Origin: Antedon mediterranea
Taxonomy: Eukaryota; Animalia; Echinodermata
Reading direction: 5' to 3'
DNA: 64,000 nucleotides
Assembly: GCF_964355755.1 (NCBI RefSeq)
Contig: NC_092672.1
Coordinates: 35,842,437 to 35,906,436, forward strand
A program made the translations under genes and the position numbers. A model generated the notes under the pieces. The model was given only the letters and a program-made list of their open reading frames with translations, was not told the origin of the DNA and made no database searches. Shown here piece by piece: positions 55,101 through 64,000 of the stretch (positions are counted from its first letter, which is position 1; each line of letters opens with the position of its first letter).

Positions 55101-58100
55101 TGTCAAATATATGGTCTCCAATTGGAGGGTCTTTAATTATACGTGTCCTGTTTTCTATGTCTAGATTGCTGGCTATGTATTTGGTTTTATATGCAAACCT
55201 TTATAGCTTTATAATAGATTACAGCATGTAGTAGTTGTGGTAGTGTTTTTAGTATGATATTGTTAACATGGTTTTAAACACCGCTCTGTCACAGTTAGTA
55301 CTGTACTATAGTTATGCATTTGACTGTAGATAGTTGTATTTAACATCAAATCTGGTAACAATAGATTGATTGTTATTGAAAGTAATGAAATGTATTATTA
55401 TATAATAATAAATGATTGTATTATATTTTAAGTTTTATTAATTAAAGGACATAGACGTAATGATAAAACATTACCCTGGTCACGGATGTCTCAAATTAAT
55501 GAATTTGATATATACAAGTTATATAAATTCTCTGAATCTTATAGCGTCATACCAGGATACCTCCCTGTGAAGTTTTTATTGTTCAGAATTTCATGTGGCA
55601 TGTTGTTTTTTACCTTTATGGTTATGTATGTGACCTTTGGTACATCTTTGACATTCAGATATTTTAAACTACTACCTCCTATATACTGCTGTTTAGTACA
55701 GTTACCGTAGTATGGCCAAAAACAAAACATTGAAAGTCAAATTGAATAGTTTGTGGCTGAGACCAAGAAGTGTGTTTCAATGTGCCATTAATTTAACAAT
55801 AACCGACTATACAACAAGTGATGTGTATTCTGTCCATGTTATACTACTTCATGATCTGTTAAGCCCATTCTACATTTTCAAACTTGATGTGACAATATAT
55901 GGACATGATGATGTCATACCACTACCATATATGGTTACATCACACTTTTTTTGTCAAACTATTTTGGTAATGTAGACAGAGCTTTACAAAACCTCATGAT
56001 CTGTTCTGCATCTGCTTTGTCTTTACCATCTCAAACAAAAATTGTCAATGTAATCCTAAAATGTTCAGACTGTAACATGAAATTTGGAGGTATACCCTGT
56101 AGATGTCTTGAAACGTTTTCTGTCAATAATATCTCTTGATGATGAAATTAAAACTTATAATTACAACCATTATTAACAATAAACATTGAACTGTTTTGAC
56201 ACACAGCACCGCTGGAGCCCCCAATTCATCCAAGTCCAGAAGCACAAGCTAGTGTACAAGCATTCCCTCACGGTGAATCCAGCTCAAACCCTTCATCAAC
56301 GACGTCGTCAACACCTTCAAGTCCAGTACAAGTCTACTCTTCGTCAGCAAGCGCGACACCACCTAGTGTACACTCTCCGCAAGTCAGGGAGTTCGATTTT
56401 GGTAAAAAAAAAAATATTTTAAATAATCATTTTTACATGGAGTGGCTCAGTTACGATGCTTGGCTAAGATAAGATAATAAGATTTAGAGAGTCCTAAAGT
56501 GTTCAAGGCTACCAATCCAAGAGTCCTGGGTTACAGTCATGTCAGGATTTTTTAAAATTACAAATTACAACTCAAATCCCAAAGATTTGTAATAAGACTT
56601 TGTTTATGTAGAGTATCTTGTGTAATGTTTGTCTTTTGAACAGAATTGCCACCTTTAAGAAGGATAGTGAATGAATTCATATTTGGTCATAATATTATTG
56701 AAGTTCCTAAAAAAGTTTAAACTTATTCTTCTTGCATTTTTATGTAGATTTTTCAAATGATGTAACGTTGGAACCTGTTGACACCAGGAACGTAGAGACG
56801 TCTCAATCAAGTGACCAAACAATTACAGTTGATTCTCAAGAATCACACGAGTCTCCTGATGTAAGTTTTCATGTAATGAAATCTAATCTAAAATTTGTAT
56901 ACCGTAAAAAAAAAAAAAATAAGAAAACACCTTCGGGACTTAAAGCTCTGTCTACACTTTCAAAGTTTGACAAAAAAGTGTGATGTGCCTAAATATGGTA
57001 GTGATATGATGTCATCATGTCCACATTTTTTTGACACATTAAGTTTGATAGTGTAGACAAAGCTTTACAGAATTTCATTTAATAGGGGTTTCCCCAAAGT
57101 AGGGCTCCTAATGTATTTCAATGTTCTCATATGTGACAATTGATAAAATGAATTGAATCAGAACAACATTACTTCAAAACATTGACTAACGAGACATAAA
57201 CATTCAAGTGTGAATCATACTCTAATCAGTTGAACTTTCACTTTAGTAAACAGCTACATATTGAAACATACTACGTGTCATTTGGACATCATGAGGACAG
57301 TGAGTGGTTTTTGTACAAAAAAAGACATTGTACGACAACATACCCCCAGTTGATTATTTTTGTTTACTGGAGTGAAATAGTCGCTACTTTTGAAATAACA
57401 TAAGTTATAATTAAACTTCATTACTATTAATATTAAAATAATTTGTTTATGTTTACAAATTATAATTTAAATCTATTTGGTGTCTTATTTATTTTTATTT
57501 TTTTCACTTTTTTATTATATATTGTTAGGCTTCATATCATAATAACATACTACATTACTAGTATCCTAACTATTTGGTCCTGAATTTGTTGTAATTTCTT
57601 TCTAACATATGTTGTTTCTACTTTTGTATGTATTAACCAATCAAACCTCCAATAAGAGACATATTTATAGGAGTGTGTGAAATTTTAGAACACTGTATAT
57701 GGCCAAAATGAACACTGAAACTAGTGTTTGGCCAAAATGAACACTGAAGCTAGTGTTTGGCCAAAATGAACACTGAAGCTAGTGTTTGGCCAAAATGAAC
57801 ACTGATGCTAGTGTTTGGCCAAAATGAACACTGAAGCTAGTGTTTGGCCAAAATGAACACTGAAGCTAGTGTTTGGCCAAAATGAACACTGAAACTAGTG
57901 TTTTGCCAAAATGAACACTGAAGCTAGTGTTTGGCCAAAATGAACACTGATGCTAGTATTTGACCAAAATGAACACTGAAGCTAGTGTTTGGCCAAAAAT
58001 AAACACAGAAGCTAGTGTTTGGCCAAAATGAACACTGAAACTAGTGTTTGGCCAAAATGAACACTGAAGCTAGTGTTTGGCCAAAATGAACACTGAAGCT

Positions 58101-61100
58101 AGTGTTTGGCCAAAATGAACACTGATGCTAGTATTTGACCAAAATGAACACAAGCTAGTGTTTGGCCAAAAATAAACACAGAAGCTAGTGTTTGGCCAAA
58201 ATGAACACAGAAGCTAGTGTTTGGCCAAAATGAACACAGAAGCTAGTGTTTTGCCAAAATGAACACTTAAGATAGTGTTTGGCCAAAATGAACACCGTGG
58301 TTGTATTTGGCCAAAATGAACTCATCTGCGGCAACATGTAATTTGGCTTTCGTTCCTTTGTTCTGACATCCTGTATCACTACATTCTTAAATTTAAATGT
58401 ACTAACTACATTCTTATAACGATGTTTTGATGGTGCAGTCCATCAATCGGTATAAATAAATTAACTATAACTCTCCTAATTCTGGACTCTCTGAAAACCA
58501 GACTCTCTCCCAAAACCAGTCCGAAAGGTCTTACCATTAGAAACGCATTCGGGCTACCAGTCAATTTAAGCAAGTGGCCCTAATGGTGTCCGGTATTGGG
58601 AGAGTTGACTGTTTCTATTCTTTAGTGTCACTCTTCTGTACTTGGTATATTTTATGTTTGTAGACTAACACAGACTCTGAGAAAACCTTGCCTGGAAAGT
58701 GGGCATCGATAGACAGCAATGTGTCCGACTCGGAGTCGAATGAAGTTCCTCATCGGAAGGGGAGTGTGAGTAGAGTATGTGGTGTCGTGTTGTTTACTTC
58801 ATATATCTAGTATCATGATACAGTATAGCACTATTAACACTAATCTCTAGCATGTTGATTTCCATCTTCAACCAATGGTTGCTCTCTTTTCCTTAAGCTT
58901 TATCTACAGTATCAAACTTTATGTGAAAACAAAGTGTGATGTGCCCATATATGGACATGATGATGTCATACCACTACCATATTTGGGAATATCACTATCA
59001 TATTTGGGCACATTACACTGACTTTTTTGTCAAACTAGTTTGATAGTGTAGACAGAGCTTTAGTATGTTTTTGTGGGAGGGGACATGAGATTCAGTGATC
59101 CTCCATTAATACTGTACTACTGTAGTACAACTTATATTGTATTATATTTTTTACTATATTATATGAAGTTGTTTTGTTTTTATTTTGTTGTCTGCTTAAT
59201 GAATGTCTTTTATGTATGTGTTATATTAGTATTTTTTAAAAGAAAAAGGTTATCGTGATTTTTATAATGAATTTCTTTTTTCTTATATCACAACTGTAAT
59301 AATATTATCACCTTGTATATTTTTGTTAGAGTTTTACTTTAAATGACTTGTATTCGTTTTTTTATACTACATTATATTGAAATTATTAATATATAATCAT
59401 TGTAGAGAATGAGAAAAATAAATGAATGGACGTTGCACAGTTGTTTCTGATGTTATATATTATGCATGAACAAAATAATTTAGTTAAACTTATATTATGT
59501 AGATTTGTAGTGGTAATGATAATGTTGTATATTTTTGTTTTTACCATACAGAAGTCTAGTGTATTATCAGAATGGGATATACCAGTTGATAAATTGGATA
59601 TTAAGGACCTCATAGGAACGGGCAGATTTGGGAAAGTGTATAAGTAAGTAAAAGTGTATTCACAAACATTCATTTGTTTATAAACGAACTGTGTCTCCAG
59701 AGGTTGTGTTCACACTATGTTAATACTACTTTAGAGAAATCCATAAATATTTACGGACTTAAGTGAAATATTAGTGTGATTGGTGAATACAGCCATAGGA
59801 TTTTTTGCTAATTTGCTTTTCTACACTAGCCTAGGCTAGCTAGGCCTAGGAATATGTTGGTTGGTGACATAATTAACAGTAGGTGTGTCATAAAACAAAT
59901 ATTGAATAGTTTAGTTTCATGCAAAAATAATTAAATTCGGTGAAGGATGCAAGGTTTCTTAGAAAATAGAATTTACCTCATGAAATTATTTGTTCCATTG
60001 CACTCATAAACATTCATTATTTGTATATTATCTTGGAAGGAACCATGTTGGAGCTACTTGGTGACCTTTAGTTTGCAAGGAATTATCATCCTCTTATTAA
60101 TGTTTTTATTTTATTTTGAAGGGGTTATTGGCATGGTGATGTTGCCGTTCGTGTATTAGATATTGATTCAAATAATGAAGAGGAACGTCAAGCATTTAAA
60201 AAAGAGGCAAGTGTAAAAAAAAATATTTTATTTCATGAATATCTGACAACCCTCTTCATGAACATGTTCTTTAAATTTTTTATTTATTTCATACGCATCG
60301 AACAGCTAGTAACTCGCCAATTATAGGATGGATAAACTGTTTAATAATGTATCACGCTTATAAACCAAGTCTATCTAAGGCTTAGAAAGTGGAGTTGAAA
60401 GATTTGTGAGTTACGACCCTGGCAATAGGTCAGAATTGAACTCCCGCACTTCTGTAGGTCAGGATTGGAATTTGGAATTGGAAGGCAAGCACGTTAACCA
60501 CCAAGCTACAGCTCCATGTAATGCACTATGACAGCCCTCTTCATAACATAATATGAGCATGTTAATCTACTTTCTGACTGACTATATTTTCTTCTTCAGG
60601 TGTTGCAGTTAAGGCGAACAAGACATGATTATTTAGTTCTTTTTATGGGCACGTGCAAGATGGCGGATGGTCTGGCTATAGTCACAAGGTGAGCATCCTT
60701 TGATAAGGACCTAACGCTGGAGGTCCAGTTTACACCTTAATATATTGTATGAATTTTTATATCAACAAGACATATATTGACATGTTTGACAGTAATTTAG
60801 TACTATATCTAAAGTAAATGTTTGTTATCGTAACATTTTGTTTTTGTAGTCTGTGTAGAGGACCGTCCCTGTATATGTATATTCATATATTAAAGGAGAA
60901 GTTTCCACTAAGTAAATCAGTAAGCTTTGCAACACAAATTCTTCAGGTAATTTCACTTTTTTTTTATTTGAGTTATAAATAATCTCCCACTCACCACTTT
61001 TCCTTTCCAAAAATTCACCTTGATATGTGTTCTATTTTATTTCATTTTCGGTTATCTTTGTAGGGTATGGGGTATTTACATGCAAAAGGAATCATTCATA

Positions 61101-62618
61101 AAGATTTACGCTCTAAGAATATATTTGTTGAGAAAGGACTTTCCAACAAAGTTGTTATCGCAGACTTCTCAATATTCAGTGTTGCCAGGCTTTCAAAGGA
61201 AAACAGGTGAGTTAAGCTCTGTCTACACTATCAAACTAGCGTGATATGCCCAAATATGGTAGTGATATGACATCATCATGTCTATGTATGGGCACATCAC
61301 ATTTTGTTGTCATATAAACCTTGATAGTGTAGACAGAGCTTTACACTATCAAACTAGTTTGGCAAAAAAAGTGTAATGTGGCCAAATATGGTCATGATGG
61401 TTTCTTGTATATGTACACAAAAAATAATTACAAAATCTTTAAAAAAAAATTGTATTACTATTGATTGATCGATGTGGTTTGAGTATTTTATTTCATGTTA
61501 TCAGCAAAGTTAATTTTTTGGCCAAGTTTGTAAATTACAAACAAGATGAAGCAACCTATGTATGTATATGTTGTTTTAAGGTATACGCTGTGTACCGCAA
61601 ACTTTATATCAACATAAGTATGTATATGAATGATAAATTAAATTGTTACTTTTACAATTGTATTTTTTTTTAGAAGAGAGGATTGTCTTCAGATACCAAA
61701 GAATTGGTTGTGTTACTTAGCACCAGAACTCATCAAAGCCCTGAAGGTAAAAGATATAGATGGTGAACTGCCATTCTCTAAGGCCTCGGATGTCTATGCA
61801 TTTGGGTAAGTTGATCAAGGCTAAGCATGCCTTAGTGGGGAACCTGTGGTACTGGTGGTGCCTTAAGCCTTGTCTACACTATCAAATTGTGATAACAAAA
61901 TGTGATGTGTCCATATATGGACATGATGATGCCATATCACTACCATTTTTGGGAATATCACTACCATATTTGGACACATCACACTTTGATAGTATAGTAA
62001 GAGCTTAAATATGACTTAGTGGGAAACTTTTGTATTGGTCTTTAACCAACATCGTGTGGTCATATTTACCAATCGCACTTAGGCTAAGAAAAACAAAATC
62101 TGCTATTTAGGTGAATAAAACTTAAGGATATTCTTAAATATTTATAAATACCTATTATTTGATAGAGTTGAATTTAAATGTTATATTTAATCTTTCAGAA
62201 CTGTTTGGTATGAGCTGTTATCCAAGGAGTTTCCAATGGCCGATCAAGAAAATGAAGCAATTATATTTCAAGTTGGACAGGGAATGAAACCAATTCTAAG
62301 TCATATACAAGCTTCTAAGGATGTGAAGGTAAGAGTTGGTTTAAGCTTTGTCTACACTATCAAAATTTATGTGACAAAAGTATGTGATGTGCCCATCTTT
62401 TAGTGTTGATGAATAAATGTATATATGTATATATGAATGAATGAATATATGTTTTTTCTTTGAAGGAAATTCTAATGATGTGTTGGAATTATACACCAAG
62501 TATAAGGCCGTCATTCGGAACATTAACCAAAACGTTAGATCGATTACCCCGACGTCAAATTAGACGGAGCCCTTCTACTCCCCTCCACCTATCAAGATCA
62601 GCCGAGTCTGTCTTTTAA
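19117..62618 (+). CDS. KSR: Kinase suppressor of Ras (KSR1/2 pro-orthologue), RAF-family pseudokinase scaffold; 20 coding exons, ~856 aa
   Basis: Exons 19117-19284 (alternative ATG 19105), 30206-30346, 38040-38187, 38612-38939, 39834-39991, 40668-40731, 52536-52622, 53414-53514, 54736-54780, 56207-56401, 56748-56860, 58664-58765, 59552-59643, 60122-60206, 60600-60688, 60850-60946, 61064-61206, 61674-61805, 62199-62328, 62466-62618 (2571 nt, in frame). CA1/CC-SAM ([16 protein letters not shown]), C1 domain (HRF..CDYC..CKDCKYTCH..C), CA4 ([17 protein letters not shown]), kinase ([42 protein letters not shown]). Confidence 0.93.
19807..20020. mobile_element. Harbinger/Tourist-like MITE (TAA TSD)
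   Basis: TAA|AGCGTCTTTCACACCT ... AGGTGTGAAAGAGGCT|TAA. Confidence 0.7.
21580..25560. repeat. Minisatellite/satellite array, 29-30-bp unit, ~135 copies
   Basis: Unit TTGGCACCTACTCTACCC(C)ACTGTAACTTG, head to tail, no spacers; variants are 3C/4C and CTTG>CTAG. Confidence 0.98.
25765..26260. repeat. 83-84-bp tandem repeat, ~6 copies
   Basis: GACATTTTAGGCTGTACAGTATTAAAACCTAC recurs at 25802, 25886, 25970, 26053, 26136, 26219. Confidence 0.93.
29941..30110 (+). mobile_element. Penelope-like terminal repeat remnant with degenerate minimal hammerhead ribozyme
   Basis: GCA-CTGACGA-AGGGC(TAGTGTT)GCTC-AAAA-GC-TC-TGC matches the minimal type I hammerhead layout with GAAA>AAAA, followed by a T-rich tract. 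Confidence 0.6.
32783..32933. mobile_element. hAT-like MITE (decayed 8-bp TSD)
   Basis: CAGTGGC...GCCACTG ends; flanks AAGATGTA / AATATGCA (6 of 8 match). Confidence 0.5.
34149..34826. repeat. Pogo-like MITE with expanded ~17-18-bp subterminal repeats
   Basis: Many GACACCCCTATTCAGG variants between GTAGAACAC... and ...TAATAGGTGTTCTATTGTA; related fragments ~14395-14530 and ~40865-41010. Confidence 0.65.
37559..37732. mobile_element. Harbinger/Tourist-like MITE family 2 (TAA TSD)
   Basis: TAA|AGCTTGGTTCCCACTAG ... CTAGTGGGAACCACGCT|TAA; relatives at ~38273-38381 and ~41927-42081. Confidence 0.75.
39582..39706. mobile_element. Representative of the dominant Harbinger/Tourist-like MITE family (~20 copies in window)
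   Basis: TIR AGCTCTGTCTACACTATCAAACT, TSD TAA/TTA. Other full or partial copies near 4758, 10730, 12183, 12707, 14612, 15005, 20877, 28493, 36008, 41225, 41745, 51619, 52020, 54480, 54819, 55860, 56944, 58896, 61215, 61865, 62343. Confidence 0.9.
42660..43710. repeat. 92-96-bp tandem repeat, ~8 clean plus ~3 decayed copies
   Basis: GTAAATCTAGATACCTTAATCTTGTAGGAGAGAATATCAGAATGAGTAGCTTAGG recurs at 42756, 42852, 42944, 43036, 43128, 43220, 43312. Confidence 0.95.
43932..44819. mobile_element. Non-autonomous element with 160-bp terminal hairpin and internal inverted repeats (Crypton-like, tentative)
   Basis: Near-perfect hairpin 43932-44093 centred on CGAGGCAAAGCCGAG; inverted pair TTATATAACATCTAAATAAATTC (~44095) / GAATTTATTTAGGTGTTATATAA (~44797-44819). 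The class assignment is inference. Confidence 0.55.
44860..45150. repeat. Degenerate TAGTTAACTAG/TAGTCAA low-complexity repeat
   Basis: Dense AGTTAACT, CTAG and TAGTCAA motifs. Confidence 0.6.
45295..48682 (+). mobile_element. Helentron/HINE-like (rolling-circle) non-autonomous elements, tandem or nested array
   Basis: Two heads with GTTATCCGCA..GGATAAC inverted repeat (45295, 45367) and an (ATC)n tract. Three tails GCGGATAACTAACTCGTCAAAGTGACGAGTT..CTAG ending ~46207, ~47502, ~48681. Shared internal blocks. Confidence 0.75.
49256..49440. mobile_element. Harbinger-like MITE
   Basis: AGGTCAATTCACACAGTCGAGCGGTAA ... TTACCGCTCGTCTGTGTGTATGGGCCT imperfect TIRs. Confidence 0.6.
50047..50225. repeat. 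81-bp tandem duplication (~2.2 copies)
   Basis: GGAGGTATTCCATCGCGCGGGCTA at 50047 and 50128. Confidence 0.85.
51060..51131. repeat. 15-bp tandem repeat
   Basis: (AATTTGACCAGTATG) x ~4.7. Confidence 0.9.
52682..53201. repeat. Three 150-bp self-complementary units enclosed by ~30-bp inverted repeats
   Basis: Units start at 52741, 52891, 53041; outer IR 52682-52714 vs 53172-53201. Confidence 0.85.
57700..58320. repeat. 29-bp tandem repeat, ~21 copies
   Basis: Unit TGGCCAAAATGAACACTGAAGCTAGTGTT with internal dyads TTGGCCAA and AACACT..AGTGTT. Confidence 0.95.
60278..60517 (-). mobile_element. tRNA-derived SINE family 2, reverse copy
   Basis: Reverse complement aligns by eye with 13489-13710 (GGAGCTGTAGCTTGGTGGTTAACGTGCTTGCCTTCCAAT ... 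AATTGGCGAGTTACTAGCTGTTCGATGCGTATGAAATAAA). Confidence 0.7.
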
Positions 62619-64000
62619 ACTGTTAAAATCGACAAAGGTTGCGTTCTAAATTGTTAAGTACAGCTGAATCATGGCTTGTCAGGTTTCGGACTAAACTTAA
62701 TAGGAACACTATAAGGATGCATTACAAAGGTCAACATTGAAATTTCAATTTACAAGAAAGCCAGTTAACAAAATACTCTTTGCTTACTGCGGATGAAGTG
62801 TAGATGTGTAGACGACCACAAATGCAATCGTAAAAGTGTAAATTATGTATCCTTAAATTCATTTCTTTTGTTCATTTTACCGATCTAAAATTCTCAAAAT
62901 CATTGTTTTTGATAATTCATAATATCTTTTTCATAATGCCACAACTACCATATTGATAATTTCATAATAATAGCAAAAAAAAAACAAATGAAAACAATAA
63001 ATTATGAGAAGTTACTATATATAGTAAATGTACAGACAACATTTCTTTCTAAGCTTTTCCTTGTAGTTTTGTTTGAATCTAAGCAAATACCTCGGTTGCT
63101 TTGAGGGGTTTACGAAAATTTTTATATTTTTAAAAAAATATGCAAATTTATTAATGGAATGCTCTTATGTAATATATATATCATTATAAAGTTATTATGT
63201 TATTAATATATTCTATTATGTTTCATACATTTAACTCTCCAAAAACTAAACTCTTTGAAGACAAGAAATTCTTCAAAAACTAATGTTCTTACCGTCTTGA
63301 TTCTACTATGAAATACTAGTGTTTCTCCAGTATCTCTCCAGTGCCTCTTAATGCCCTAGAAGGAACTTAGCATTCTGACGATGGGTTATGAATCTTCAAA
63401 CTTCACTGGCGATGTTTTGGTTTTTCTTAAGCATACTCCTTAATTTGGGGTTAAAGGGAGTTTATCTTAAAAAATGAACTATACTGTTAATATTAAGAAC
63501 ATACTTGGAAAAACTTATATAGTTGATAGCTATTTTAAATTATTTCAAATCCACTTGAAGCGTTAACACAATTGTAAAGACATTTGTAAATACTAACTTT
63601 GTGCATGCCACATCTGTTTTTGTACACTCAGAATAAGCTGTAGATAAGAGACATTTATATGTATGTATTAAAAAGCTTTACATTGTACACAAAAACTTAA
63701 TCTAATATAAGTATTATTAAAGGGGTTTGTAGGGGATAGGTTGAGAGGAGATAATTGTTAAAAAAATTAAAACGCTCTCCCTCTAATTAAAGATCACCAT
63801 ACTTTAGTCTGAATAAGCATACATTTACAGCTATATCTTTAATGCGGTATTATAGCTTGGTGCTTGCCTTTTAATGTCATCATCATTGGTACAAATCCTT
63901 GCTACAGGCATTGCCTATTGCATAAATAGGGAAGTTTAAACATGCGGTGCAGTTTTTATTATTTCGGGTAAAACATTGTTTTTACTTCCATGGTCCTACT

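Noticed and set aside
57700-58320. CRISPR-like palindromic 29-bp repeats
   Set aside because: No spacers; simple tandem array.

Overview
AT-rich eukaryotic (invertebrate animal) genomic DNA, not prokaryotic. Three intron-containing genes were reconstructed by hand with phase-consistent splice sites. PPM1D/Wip1 (+, 4 coding exons, 1441-7877, ~646 aa). RFC5 (-, 10 coding exons, 11840-18808, ~330 aa, one U12-type intron). A KSR pseudokinase scaffold (+, 20 coding exons, 19117-62618, ~856 aa; VAVR/HKD/DFS motifs, probable GC-AG intron). RFC5 and KSR are head-to-head across ~300 bp. Introns are packed with non-autonomous elements: ~20 copies of one Harbinger/Tourist-like MITE, three CAGG...CCTG elements with 6-bp TSDs, a Helentron-like tandem array, SINEs, a Penelope-type hammerhead remnant and several minisatellites, including a ~4 kb 29/30-bp array. 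The most unusual structure is in RFC5 intron 2 (15722-18276): two unrelated TIR cassettes sit in tandem, joined only by CCGG, at the exact centre of what would otherwise be a perfect 74-bp palindrome. All coordinates were read by eye and may be off by a few bases for repeats.
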